Shown: positions 43,540 to 62,312 of the stretch, in pieces | How the letters are laid out: each line of letters begins with the position of its first letter | Position numbering within the stretch: position 1 is the stretch's first letter | Assembly: GCF_009914755.1 (NCBI RefSeq) | Contig: NC_060946.1 | Length of the DNA: 64,000 nucleotides | From: the human T2T-CHM13v2.0 reference genome, Homo sapiens | Strand: one strand, 5' to 3' | Program-made: the position numbers and the translations under genes | The notes under the pieces: model-generated | The model's database searches: none | Told to the model about the DNA's origin: nothing | The model's input: the letters and a program-made list of their open reading frames with translations, nothing else

Positions 43540-45836
43540 TCAAGGACTCTTCTGAGAGCTTTACATACAGTATTAATAATTTATTTATTTATTTTTTCTT
43601 CTTTTCTATCTCTACCTGATTAGAGAAAAGGTATTAATAATTTGATCTCAAAAGGATCCTACGAGGTAGATGCTGTTGTTATTCCATTTTACTATTGAGG
43701 ATACTGAGTTTCTATCCAAATGTGGAAGACTCAGAGGTGAATGAAACTTTTCTTCTTCCATTTAATGCCCTTCCCTTATCTCTTCCTGCTGCCCAACGAG
43801 TCCAGCCACATGATGCTATTTGACCTAGGAAGCTGTGGACAAAGAAGCCAAATACAGGAGTTCAGGGGACAGTGTGAGCCCCTGAACATGTAGAGAATAG
43901 AGACGTGTAGAGTTCCTTCTGAAACACTGCACTGTGAAATTCTGTGCCTCCGAAGACAGGCTCGCTATTTTTAGAAAGAGGGCAGCAGAGTCGTTGGAAA
44001 TATGCCCGAATACGGTCATGATTGGGCAAGGGACACGGGAAACGCCAATTTTGGCAAAGGGATTATTTGGAAGTGCAGTTCTGACCAAGTCATTCCTCTG
44101 TTTAAGATGTTTCAACATTGAAGGAGCCAAAATATCAACAGTGAAAAAACCTCTTAGTGGCTGTTGCTGTCTCTAGAGGAAGCCTGAGCTCTTTCTCGTG
44201 GCAGAGCAACTCTTCCCCATGTCCCTACACCCTGTACCCTCAACCTGCACACCTTCTTCGTTGGGTCTCTTTGAACCACCTGCTGTTCCCGGGTGGTCCC
44301 CGCTTTTCCACACCTTTGTACCTTCACCTGGGATGCACCTATGCATCTTTCAAAACTCAGTTCTGGGGTCTCCTGTATGAAGCCATATCTGGCCCTGCCA
44401 GGTAGAACTGGCCAGCCTTCCTTTGCCCCATTTTGGTGTTTATAGAGCATCAAGAACACAGGAGAGTTCTTCCTGGTGACTTGCCACCTCCCTGCAAAGC
44501 ATGAGCTCCCTGAGGGCATGGCCCCCTGTGCTGCTTGTTCCCTGGACAGGGCCTGACACTAGGTAGACAGTCAAGTAATATTTACTGGGCTTCAATCATA
44601 TGCTTGTACTATTCTAGGAGCTGGGGACACAGCAGAGAACAAGACAGACAGAGTCCCTGCCCTTGAGAGTCTTGGATTCTTATGGGGGCAGCAGACAGAC
44701 AACAAACACACAAGGCAAGATGATTTCAAGTCAGATATGTGTTGTGAAGAGGCTGAATAGGAATGCACAGTGGAGAGGAACAGGGCGCATGGGTGGGGTG
44801 CTCAGCATGGTGGCTGGGGCAGGCCTGTAGAGCAGCCACATCTGAGATGAGACCCACACCAGGAAAAGGAGGCAGCTGTATAGATCTGGGAGAGGAGGTT
44901 TCCTAGCAAAAGGCCCTGAGGCAGGGACACACCTGGCATATCTGAGGGACAGAAGGAAGCCAGCGGGGCTGGAGCCGAGTGGACAGAGAGAGTGAGGTCA
45001 GCGAGGGAGGCAGGGCCCTGCAGGCCATGGAGGAGAGCCTGGGCCTTGATCCAAGTACAGGGAGGAGGCCCCCAGTGACAACTCACTGCAGAGGCGAAGG
45101 GGCCTGGCACAGCAAGCTGGATGCAGAGGCTGAGCCCTGGGTGAGGTTCCGAGGGCCAAGAGGCAGATGCATTTCCAATCTGCTGCAGCGCAGCCTCCCC
45201 GATGTATATTCAGAGAGGCAACAGGCTGTACATTAAAATGGAAAGAGCTGGAAACTCCCTGGAAACTCCAAGCCTGGGCACCATCTCACAGATGGGTGCC
45301 CAAGACGGAGGGAGCCATTCCCCTCTGGTCTGCTAGTTAATTAGGGCTTCTCTACAAAGACACTTGGAAATACAATGATTTAAAGAAGAGCGTTTGTTCC
45401 TTTCTTCCACAACAGTCTGGCTTGTCAGGCCAGGGGCCCCCCAGCAAGGTCTGCGGGACTGACAAGGGGTGGTCAAGGCCACGGTGGGAAAACTGACACC
45501 TGAGCAATTGCAGATAAAATCCAGGGGCACTTCTGGCTCCCACAGGCCCCTCGTCCGGACACCTCTTTCCAGTGAATGCGAAGCAGATGAGAAGAGATGC
45601 AAAGCTCTGGCGTGATGTCTTTCATCTCTCAGCTCTGTGCAAACTTGTTCTCTTCCTGCTCTTCCTGTTTTGCTGGGCAGCATGTTTTTTGTTTTGTTTT
45701 TTTTCTTCCAACTACATTTTAGTGGTTTAGGGGGAATGCTAGTTTCTCCAGAATCTTTTTCACTTTAAGGAAAGTTAGGGCACCCTGACAAGGGGGTGCT
45801 GGGAGGCTGGTCCTCTCTTGGGTTCCATTCTGCCAG

Positions 45837-46244
45837 TTTTCTTTTCTTTTCTCTTTTCTTTTCTTTTCTTTTCTTTTCTTTTCTTTCCTTTCCTTTCCTT
45901 TTCTTTCCCTCCCTCCCTCCCTCCCTCCCTTCCTTCCTTTCTTCCTTTGTTCTTTCGTTCTTTCTTCTTTTCTTTTTGCGTTTTGCTCCTGTCGCCCAGG
46001 CTGGAGTGCAATGGCTCTCACTGCAACTCCACCTCCTGGGTTCAAGCAATTCTCCTCCCTCAGCCTCCTGAGTAGCTGGGATTACAGATGCCTGCCACCA
46101 TGCCTGGCTAATTTTTGTATTTTTAGTAGAGATGTGGTTTTGCCATGTTGGCCAGACCGGTCTCGAACTCCTGACCTCAGGTGATCGACCCACCTCGGCC
46201 ACCCAAAGTGCTGGGATTACAGGCATGAGCCACCGCACCCAGCC
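45837..46244 (-). mobile_element. Alu with compound (CTTTT)n/(CCCT)n/(CCTT)n tail
   Basis: TSD ccattctgccagtt at 45825-45838 and 46245-46258. Confidence 0.95.
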
Positions 46245-47301
46245 CCATTCTGCCAGTTCTGCTGAGCTGTGTGGACTCCTGCCCTGGAGCAGAGGGCTGG
46301 CATATGGCTGGAGAAGGCTGGCCATTGACCCGTGCTGCTGACCGCCTGCCCTCCCCAGCATTTGGGCCCCGGTGCGGTGCCCTATCCCTGCTCACAGCGG
46401 GGACCAGAGTCACCTGGGGCCTTCCGCCCTGGCGGGAGGAGGAGGACCCCCCACTATGTGTCCCCTCACCTTTGCCTTTTCCTCCTCATCCCCTTCCCTG
46501 GGGTCTTGAGGGGGCCCCTTAAGGGGATTGACAATATCAAAAGCTTGCTGATAGGAGATCGGCTGTGAGGTTCCTGTTCCTGTCGTAACACAGCAGTTCT
46601 GGGATTGTTTTAGGAGAGAAACTTTGAGAGGTTAAATGAGAAAGGAGCCTTCTGGTGGGTTCATTGAGTTCTGCCTCCAAAGCACACACCCAGCAGAGAA
46701 GCCCCGAGAAAGTGCTGGGCCCAGCTAAGCACCCCAGATCTTGTGCCCAGGGACACACCTGGACCTCCCAGACAATCCTGGGAGGGATTTTCCAGGGGTG
46801 TGGAGTTCGTGGTGAGGCAGAGCCAGCCAACAGAAGAACGCATCAGTCTGATTATGTAGTTAGTTTAGAACCCAACCCAATTTCGGGAGTCCCTAGCTCT
46901 GGGAGATTGCTCCCACCTTTGTCACCACCAAAATGCATCATCTTTCTTCCGTTTCTCTAGTGTTGTGTGTATGACTCCGATTTGTGATGTATCCCCCGCC
47001 ACCTGGAGAGGCAAGGAGATCTGTCATCCACCTGGGAGGTCCGGCTGTCCAGGGCGGGCGTCACCTGTTGGGGGTGCCAATAAGGATGCCGCCTAAGGGA
47101 ACCACATCCTGATAATCATGTTCTGAGCCATGGGGGAACCCTGCTGCACTCCAGCCTCAGACTCTGGGACAGGTTGGAGCCCCAGTGACTCTCACATGGA
47201 GATAGGACATCCCTCTGGGGGACATTGTGAGCCACAACCTCAACCCCATTTGGGCTGGGGATTCTCTGTTCCCAGGGTCCTGTGTGACCCGCAGCTGCTG
47301 A

Positions 47302-47700
<399 letters not shown>

Positions 47701-48350
47701 CGAACTTGTCCTATTCTTGACCCCACATGAACAGAAATAAGAGGTAACAGGACTGTCTCAAATAACCTCAACCTCATATGCACATTAATGTGAATTTTTG
47801 GATGCCCTGAAAGGCAGATTTTATGTGCAGAAAAGATTATCCAGGGGTTTTCTTAAGTTTTAAAAATTAATATTCAATTTATTAAAGTTATAAATAAAAG
47901 GAAAAACCTAGTTTGTCCTTACACTTTTAATTTCAGCTTAAATAACTTATTATTTTAATTATAGATCTAGCAAATTTGGCAATCACTTCTAAGAAGGCTC
48001 TGATTAATTTTGGTCTCATTTACGAACTTAAACTCCTTTAAACTTTTCATATTGCATTATTCATCACATATAATATATTTGCTTAACTTCCTAAGTATAA
48101 TTGGCTGACAAACCTGCTTAAGTGCTGAAGCAATTCTTATAAATTGAATGCATTTAGCATATAAATATGAGCTTGAAGTCTGACTGGCTGTTCCAGTACT
48201 ACGTGTAAAAGAGCAAATCCCAAGTCCAGATCATTTACTCAGTTACACATTTAAAATTGTAATCTTGAGGCAATCTATTATTTTAATAGACTGAGTTCTC
48301 TTAAATATTATAAGAATATAAAATAGAAAAAACACCTTAATATAAAAGAT

Positions 48351-48720
<370 letters not shown>

Positions 48721-49149
48721 TCACTAAGGGAATAATTCAGTCATTTCAAACCATTTTTGAGGGTCTCTACTCAGCAGTTTGATGTTGTGTAATGATTCAG
48801 GATTCTTCTCTGTGACCCTGATGGGCCATTCCGATTCCTATTTATAGATGCTTATCTCAAGACCTTCTGTGTGGGTAGTCTCAGAGCCCTTGGGACTGCC
48901 TTCGTCCACAACCTTGGGTTTGAGTCATATCACTACCGAATTCTTCCCTCTGTTCATGGAAATCTGGTAACTACATCAACGAGGTAGTTTCTACAGAACT
49001 GATTGGGTTTTTTGTTTCTTTGCCTCATAAGATATAAAAATGTCTAAAGGCCCTGGAATGTCACAGTATTAATAGCTGATGTGTATGGAAGGCCTACTAT
49101 GTACTGGGCATAATTCTATGTGTTCTTCATTTGTTAATTCACTCAATCC

Positions 49150-49221
49150 TTTTTTTTTCTTTTTTTTTTTTTTTGAGATGGAGTCTCACTCTGTCGCCAG
49201 GCTGGAGTGCAGTGGCGCGAT
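49150..49221 (-). mobile_element. Alu 3' fragment
   Basis: Poly-T plus about 48 nt of Alu end. Confidence 0.85.
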
Positions 49222-49472
49222 TATATTCACCTAGAAGTTTGTGAACACTGTTCCTCTTTCAGTAAAATCCATGTTATAGATGCTGCTGGATTTTAGGCAT
49301 CCAGAAAGGCCTGAGATTGGCAGCTATTTGTTGACAATTCAATGGGCATAAAAGGTAAGCGCTTAAGATAACCAACTATTAGAAGACTGAGAATGACGGT
49401 GGTGGGGAGTATTTGGGGGACAGGGGAGCAATACACTCTGGTGATGTCATTTTGGTTCATTACTCAGCAAAT

Positions 49473-49747
49473 TTTTTTTTTTTGACAGAGTTTTGCTCTG
49501 TCGCCTATGCCAACTCAGCTTGCTGCAACCTCCGCCTCCAGGGTTCAGGCGATTCTCCTGCCTCAGCCTCCTGAGTAGCTGGGATTACAGGTGCCTGCCA
49601 CCATGCCTGGCTAATTTTTGTATTTTTAGTAGAGATGGGGTTTCACCATGTTGGCCAGGCTGGTCTCGAACTCCTGACCTCAGGTGATCTGCCAGTCTCA
49701 GTCTCCAAAAGTGCTGGGATTACAGGCATGAGCCACCATGCCTGGCC
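49473..49747 (-). mobile_element. AluS with small internal deletion
   Basis: Alu consensus abutting L1. Confidence 0.92.
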
Positions 49748-51410
49748 TGAATTAATATTGTTAAAATGTCCATACTACCCAAAGCAATCTATAGATTCAA
49801 TGCAATCTCTATCAAAATTTCAATTGCTCCTCTTTAAGTGGAGGCCTCAGGCAAAAATAAATAAATACATAAATACATACATACATACATACAGGAAAAA
49901 AGAAAAAAATCCAATAGAATTCTTCACAGAAATATAAAAGAAAAATCCTAAAATTTGCATGGAATCAAAAAAGGCCTTGAATACCCAAGCAATCTTGAGA
50001 AAGAATAACAAAGCTGGAGGCATCACACTCCTGCTTTCAAACTACATCACAAAACAACAGTAATCAAAGCAGCATGGTACTGGTATAAAAAGACACATAG
50101 ACAAATGAAACAGAATAGAGAGCCCTGAAATCAACCCATGCTTATACTGTTAACTAATCTTTTACAAAGGTGCCAAGAATACACAATGGGGGAAGAGTAG
50201 TCTCTTCAATAAATGTGTTGGGAAAACTGGATATCCACATGGAAAACAATGAAATTGGACCCGTATCATACACCACACACAAAAATTAACTCAAAATTGA
50301 TTAAAGACTTAAATGTAAGAACTGAAACTGTAAAACTCTTAGAAGAAAACAAAGGGAAAAAGCTCCTTGACATTGGTGTTGGTAATGATTTTTTGTGTAG
50401 GACACCAAAAGCATAGGCAACAAAAGTAAAATAAACAAGTAGGATTACATCAAGCTAAAAAGCTTCTGCACAGCAAACAATCAGTAAAATGAAAAGATAA
50501 CTTATGAAATAGGAGAAAATATTTGCAAATCATATATCTGATAAGGGGCTAACATCCAAAATATATAAGGAACTCATACAAGTCAATAGCCAAAAAATAA
50601 ATAACCTGATTTTAAAATGAGCAAAGAAATAATAATAGACATTTTTTCCAAAGAACACAGCAAGTATATGAAAATGTGCTCAGCATCACTAATCATCAGG
50701 CAATTGCAAATCAACACTACATGAGCTAGCAACTCACACCTGTTAGAATGGTTCTTTTGAAAAAGACGGAGATATCAAGTGTTGGCTAAGATATGGAGGA
50801 AGACAAGGGAACCCTGGACACTGTTGGTGGGAGTATAAATTGGTACAGCCATTATAGGTAACAGTATGAAGTTTCCTCAAACAATTAAGAATAGTGCTAC
50901 CATTTCATCCAAGAATCCCACTTCTGGATGTATAGCCAGATAAAATGAAGTCAGTATCTTAAAGAGAAATCTGCTCCATCATGTTCATTGCAGCATTATT
51001 CACAATAGCCAAGATATGGGAGCAACATAAATGTCCACTGACAGATGAATGGCTAAAGAAAATGGGAAATATATACACATTGGAATATTATTCAGCCATA
51101 AAAAAGGAAATCTTGCCATTTGTGACAACATGGATGAACCCACAGAACACAATGCTAAGAGAAATAAGCCAGACACACAAAGAAATACTGTATGTCTCAC
51201 TTATATGTGGAATCTAAAGCACACACACACATACAGGTAACTATGTGAGGTGATGGATATGTTAATTTGCTTGGTTATGATAATCATCTCACCATGTGTA
51301 CACGTATCAGTGTGTCATATATCAAATCATCGTGTTGTATACCTTTAATATGTTCATTTTTTTGTCAATTATACTACCAGTTTTCTCAATAAAACTGGGA
51401 AAAAACGAAA
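49748..51410 (+). mobile_element. L1MA-like ORF2 3' end and 3'UTR
   Basis: ORF2 remnants ([15 protein letters not shown]; MFIAALFTIAK) and 3' end ctcaataaaactgggaaaaaa. Confidence 0.92.
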
Positions 51411-51540
51411 CAACATATAGTAACAATGGCAAAAAAGAAGCCAGTAAAATATATCCTATCATTCAATCCAAATAATCAATGGTGGAGCTGACTGTAAATT
51501 TTAAGAAAGAGGAAAGTAGAAACATTTATTGAGTGCTTGC

Positions 51541-51833
<293 letters not shown>

Positions 51834-52242
51834 TGAGTGCTTGCTTTAAGTCAGGCATTGTTCTAAGTTCTTTCTGTACCTGTATCATCTCATTTAATCC
51901 TCAGAGTAGCCATGTGAGGTTTTGTAGTACTATCAGCTCAAATTAGTCTTTTAAACGTTTATTTATTTATTTTTGAGACAGGGTCTTACTCTGTCACACA
52001 AGCTGGTGGAATCTTAGCTCACTGTAACCTCGAACTCCTGTATCATCCCAAATTTAAACGAGTCAAACGGCAGTTAAAGGACCTATCCAGGATCACAGAA
52101 CTAATGAATAACACAATCCAGATCCAGACCTGAGCCCAGGCTGTCTGGTTCCAGCACCTGGTTCTCAACCTTTGCAGTGTAGTGCAATTTTTACCAAAGA
52201 GTTCCTGAAATGAACGCAACATAATTAAAAAAAAAAAAAAAA

Positions 52243-52563
<321 letters not shown>

Positions 52564-52969
52564 TTAATGAAACCTCTGTGAAGCAGTGAGGGAAAAAGTT
52601 GTGCTAAAATTATATCATTTTTAGAGCAGAGAATTTTATACATATTGACAAATTCTTTTTAAACTTTTCAAAAATGCTAACAGCTAATTTTATTTATCCC
52701 AAAATGGGAATCACTTTGTTTCTCTTGATTATAAAAATGATACATAGTCATGGTAAAAAAAATTAAACACTCCATAAAGTCCAAAGAAGGTAAATGTCAT
52801 TCTAATTCCCACTACCCATTGATAACCTGCGGTGCAGTGTGGTGAATGACCTAGACATCCTTTTTTTTTTTTTCAAATATGTACACAAATGACTATGTGT
52901 ATATCAGATCGGCATGTGGGTGTGTGTATAGGTGTATCCACCTATCTCCATGTCAAGAAATATAGATCT

Positions 52970-53288
<319 letters not shown>

Positions 53289-54699
53289 TTAACAGTGCAG
53301 AGTAATCCACTGTATGGATGTGACATTATTCATGTATATAATCAGAAGTTAATGGATCTAAATGTACTGTTTTCAGTTTTTTGAAATTACAGACAGGCTG
53401 CGATGAATATCCTTAAACACATGTCTTCATGCACTTGCCCAGTTATCTTCTTGGGATACCGTTGGTGGGATTTAGAGAAAAATCACTCACATTAGGGAGG
53501 ATATATACTGCTGACTTTGACCCATCAAATCCAGCCATGGATTCTCTGCAAACTGAGGGGCCACCCAGCTCCCTGAACAGTGGTCTTATTCTGCTGGGTC
53601 CTTGTGAGGGCGTAGCATAGCCTCACATCCTAAATTAAAGTCAGTTCACCGGCTGCTGCTCGGGTAACTGGCGAGAGAAAAGAGCCTTTGCCTCTCTGCA
53701 GCCGGGGAATTTCCAAATCCTGAAATTGTCCTGTCCAGACACAGTAAATAGTTTGGCCACAACAATCTCTGCATCCGCCTCCCTCCCATCTGTCTGGGCT
53801 GGGCATGCCCGTAATGTTTTTCATTCTGTGACAGGCTTGAGCATCCTTTTCTTAAAGGAGACAAAGGAGATAAAAGGGCCTGGGCTCAGAATTTTGCAAG
53901 CAGAACACACGGAGGTTGTGCCAAGACAGAGATGGTGGCTCGATGGCCAGCTAATTCTTGTTTATCCAACAAGCCATGCTAGTTGCTGGGGAGACCCAGA
54001 GAAATGAGACACAGTCCCTGTTCATGGGGGTTAGCTGTGTAGTAGAGTTGATAGACCCATGGGGCCATGGAGCGGGTGTTGGGGATGGGGCAGAGGCTAC
54101 TCCATTATCACAGACTTCAGAGTGTCTTTCCAGCAAGACTAGCCACACAGTCTGCCTTTAAAGTCCCCTGGTAAGTCACTCAAAATGATATTTTCAAGTG
54201 CCTAGCATTTACATCTTCTGGGTGTTGGGGATTGACATCTGTTATCACAGGAAATGGCGCTTTTATTATCATTGGAACAGGTGGATGGGGATGTCAGCCC
54301 TCCTCTGGCAGGACCAAAGCACTGGCCATCTGCAAAGGGAGGACATTTGGGTGTCCTCGGACTTGGGCAAAGGTGCACCCTAGGCTTTAGAGAGCCCAAA
54401 CCAATTTTCCTCCAAATGTCCTCTATACCTGGTTTTTCTAGGTTAGGGTTCAGGACCCAATCTGCTTACATCCACAAATCTCTTTTAATTTAGAACAGCC
54501 CCTATTTTCATACCGTGAATTGAAGGAATTAAGCTACTGTCCGATAGAATATTCTACCTTCTAGATTTCACTGATTGGTTTCTTACTGTGAGTTTGGATA
54601 GTTCTGTCTTGTCTAACATACCTCACTGAGTAATTCAGAAGGAGAAAGCAGAAAAAAACAAAAGTCAGTGAGCATAGAAAAGATGAGAGATGAGAATTA

Positions 54700-56760
<2,061 letters not shown>

Positions 56761-56830
56761 CTCTCTCTCATTGTGGAACTGCCTGGAACAGTGCCTGGTG
56801 TGCAGTAGGCACTCGAAAAATATTTGTTGA

Positions 56831-57240
<410 letters not shown>

Positions 57241-58270
57241 GATCCTGGACTTTTGTTGTTGGGAAGCATTTTAGTACAGGTGCAATCTCTTTACTTGTAA
57301 GATTTATGGGCAGATTTTTTATTTCTTTTCAAACCAGTTTTGGTAATTTGTGTGTTTCTAGGAATTTGTACATTTCATCTATGTTACCTAATTTGTTGGT
57401 GTGCTATTCTCCCATAATCCTTTTTATTTCCATAAGGTTGGTAGTAGTGTCCCCGCTTTCATTTGCGGTTTTAGTTTTTGGCATTTTTTCTTTTTTCCTT
57501 AGTCTAGCTAAAGCTTTGTTAATTTTGTTGATTTTTTTTTCAAATATCAACTTTTGATTTTGTTGATTTTCTCTGTTGTTTTTCTACTCTCTGTCTCATT
57601 TTTCTCCATGCTAATCTTTTATTTTTATTATTTCCTTCTTTCTGCTGGCTTTCTGTTTAATTTGCTCTTCTTTTTCTAATTCCTTAAGGTATAAAATTAG
57701 GTTATTGATTTGAAATCTCTCTTTTTTGATGTAGGCATTTAGTGTTAGAAATTTCCCTTTGAGCATCACATTTGCAGCATGCCATTAAATCCTTGCCTTT
57801 TAACAGGAAAGTTTAATTAATTCAAATTTATTATGATTACCTATATATGAATTTATGACTACATCTTATTGTCTCGTTTATTTTTTTTTCCTGTTGTTTA
57901 TAACTTGCTCTTTTTTGGACTGTTTTGAATAGATGAAGATTTTTCTCTTATTTCTGTTTTTCCACTTTGTTGGTTTGGAATTTTTATATTCTGTTTTTAT
58001 TCTCTCAATGACTACCCTGCAATTTATCATATACATTGCAGCCTTGAACTCCTGGGCTCAAGTGATCCTCCTGCCTTGGCCTCCCAAAGTGTTGGGACTA
58101 AAGGCATGAGCCACTGCATCTGGACTATCATATACATTCTAATGTTAACCAATCTCTTTTCTCTATTTTATCTTACCTGTAACAGAAATTTTACGTTTAT
58201 TTTGCTTCCTTTACAAACTTTATATTATGGAAAATTTCACATCTATACACAAGTAAAAAACAATATAGTG

Positions 58271-58666
58271 ATATGGGTGCAGTGGCTCACACCTGTAATC
58301 TCAGCACTTTGGAAGGCCAAGGTGGGTGGATCACAAGGTCCAGAGATGGAGACCATCCTGGCAAACATGGTGAAACCCTGTCTCTACTAAAAATTTAAAA
58401 AATTAGCTGGATGTGGTGGCGCGTGCCTGTAATCCCAGCTACTCAGGAGGCTGAGGCAGTAGAATTGCTTGAACCCAGGGGGCGGAGGTTGCAGTGAGCC
58501 AAGATCATACCACTGCATTCCAGCCTGGTGACAGAGTGAGACTCCGTCTCAAAAAAACGTATGTGTGTATATATATAATATATAATATATACTATATATA
58601 TAATTATATATATTATATATAATACATATATAATACATATATATAATACTATATATAATATATATA
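58271..58666 (+). mobile_element. Alu (58271-58557) followed by a degenerate (TA)n tract
   Basis: Alu consensus; TA-rich 58560-58666. Confidence 0.9.
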
Positions 58667-59935
58667 GTGAACACCCATGTGCCAATTATGTCTCCAACAA
58701 TTATCAATATTTTGCCAATCTTGTTTCATCTATTTCCTTATTTTTTTTTGTTTTCTATATTATTTTAAAGTAGATCTCAGATATCATGTCATTTCACCTG
58801 TAAATACTTCATTATGCATCTTTAACTCATACAGACATTTTGTTTTTATATAACCACTGCCTAATAATTACATTGTTTCTATCATTCAATATTCAGTTCA
58901 TATTCAAATTTTTCTGTTTCAAAAGCATCTTTTCAGGTTTTTTTTTCAGATCAGGATTCAAACAAAGGCCACATATTGCATTTTATTGCTGTTCCTTGTC
59001 TCTTTTATTCTATAGGGAACCTTGTTTTATTTCCATGCCACCAATTTATTAAAAATCTGGTCATTTTGGAGAGGCATGTCCTACATTCTGGATTTAGCTG
59101 ATTGCTTCCTTGTGGTGCCTTCTTCTATCCCCTGTATTTCCTATTAACCAGTATGTATGTCTAGCTAGCTAAATTAGGTTCAGATTTATTTACTTAGGAA
59201 GGAACATTCACAAGTGATGCTCTTACTTCCTGTTTCATCACATCATAAAGCATGTAAGGTCTGGTTGTCTCCATTTTTTAAATGATAATTTTCATAAATG
59301 GTTTCAGGTGCTATCAGCCTAATCTCTTCCTTATGAAGTTCCCTATTCATCTTTCACTTAATGGATTGGTCGTTCATTGATGACCACTGGCTACATCCAT
59401 GGTTTCATTAGGGATTGTAAAATAGTGATTTCCTATCATTTTTCTGCATTTAGTAGCTGAAATTCTTCTATAAAGAAATTTCCCTCATGCACTATTTGGT
59501 TACTGTTAAATCGACCCATCTTAGTAAAAAGAAAAAACCCAAACAGCAAAGAACCCTTCAAGTTGTCTTCTGTGTCCTTTGACATGATCCCAGCAGTCTG
59601 TGATAGCTTCCTTTTTGTCTAACACAACGTATTCTAGGCAATTTTTACAATTCCTGCCCCAGACCTGGAACCAGCTGTTATGTTAAGAAACGCTAGTTCC
59701 TTTAGGGGAAAATGATACTTAGAGACCACAATCTGGGGACTGAGGAGTGATCATTACTAGTGTGTTTTCATGCCTTCCAGGATTTTCAGTGCACATATTA
59801 GGAAATGAGTGCATTCTAAAAGAAAAGAGTTATGAGTTCATACTGATATTTCCAATTCAAATTTATGTTTACAAGAGTTTAACTCAAAATATTTGGTTTA
59901 ATACTTGTATATTTTTTCTTTCACTGAAACTCTTG

Positions 59936-59936
59936 G

Positions 59937-59967
<31 letters not shown>

Positions 59968-60115
59968 AGAGATGGGGTCTCTCTATGTTGCCCAGGCTAG
60001 GGTGCAATGGCTGTTTACAGGCACAATTGTAGCACACTACAGCCTCAAACTCCTGGGCTCAAGCGATCCTCCTGCCTCAGCCTCCCAGTCTATAGGTGTG
60101 CACCAATGCACTCAA
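59936..60115 (-). mobile_element. Alu monomer (FLAM/FAM-like)
   Basis: (GTTTT)n tail and a single arm. Confidence 0.8.
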
Positions 60116-60780
60116 CTGAAACTTTTGTTTTTTTAATGAGCAAACATATGTATTATTTGGCTTATCCTATAATATACGTATAGGTATTCCCAAATTAATA
60201 ATTTCAAAATTGCTACTAACAACAAGACCCTGAATATAGTTTGACATTTCTATGTAGTTCTTATTGTCTTTAGAATATTTTCCACTAGGAATGTACACTT
60301 AAAATACTGTGTTTTAAAGTAACATGAAATAATTTTTTAATGTGTCTATGCTACTAACTTGATGTATTTTAGTTTAGCTTGTTTAAATTTGCTTTCAATT
60401 TTTAGGGATTTTTTTCTATTTTGATTTCATTTTATTTTGCATTTACGTAAAATTTGTTTTATTTTAAAGTGAAAACTGTAAAACAAGGTGTCTTCACAGA
60501 AGTCTCCTTTCCATCCTACTTTACCCTGTTTACTGCCTTCCTCTTCACATTGTATAGATTTTTGGTTTGGTTTGTCCTCACCTTGCATTGCTCCCTTTCT
60601 GGAGACACATATTTTTCTTTTTAATCACATATAACACTTCTTTATCAACTTGATATATCAGATTTTGTATGATAACATCAGGGTTTTAGGCTATAAATCC
60701 AAATTATTCTCCCAAGTAGTATTATTAAATCCAAAACCATCTTGAATCTTTACCTAACCCCCTCCACATACACTTAGAAG

Positions 60781-61593
<813 letters not shown>

Positions 61594-61971
61594 CACTTAG
61601 AGGAATTTTAAAAAGACTGCTTAAAATTTTGGAGTGCCATATGGTTAATATGTGAAAATATTTAGGTTTGCCCTAAAATCTTCTAATTTATGGGTGAAAA
61701 TGCATGCTTCACTCCATATGTGTTTGTGTTTATATTTTAATTGCAGGTAATCCTAATGTAAAACTTCTAATTTATTAAGGAGCTTTTGATAAAACCAAAT
61801 GCCTACTGATTCATGTTTAAAATTCAAATTTCTCAAAGCAATTATGAAATATGCCCATATTATACTTATTTAAAAAACTAAAAATAATAAATAATTATTG
61901 AAAGAAGCTATTGTACCTTTGGTTCTTTACCCCAAAAGTTCAAGTGGAATTTTTTTTATAGATTTACATAA

Positions 61972-62312
61972 TTTTCTTTTCTTTTCTTTATTTATTTACT
62001 TATTTATTTATTTATTTTTTTGAGATAGAGTCTCGCTCTGTTGCCCAGGCTGGAGTGCAGTGGCTTGACCTTGGCTCACTGCAATCTCTGCGTCCCAGGT
62101 TTAAGCATCCTCCCAGCTCAGACTCCCGAGTAGCTAGGACTACAGATGTGTGCACCACCACACATGACTAATTTTTTTTTATTTTTATTTTTTGTGGAGA
62201 CGGAGTTTTGCCATGTTGTCTAGGCTGGTCTTGAACTACCGGAGTCAAGCAGGAGTCTTGCCTCAGCCTCCCAAAGTGCTAGAATTACAGGTGTGAGCCA
62301 CTGTACCTGGCC
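61972..62312 (-). mobile_element. AluJ-like
   Basis: TSD tagatttacataattt. Confidence 0.93.

Noticed and set aside
43860-43887. Hairpin gttcagggg-N10-cccctgaac
   Set aside because: A 9-bp stem resembling internal palindromes of old hAT-type MER elements; no ncRNA evidence.
53619-53630. gcctcacatcc resembling the reverse complement of the 7SK 5' end
   Set aside because: Match does not extend beyond about 10 nt.
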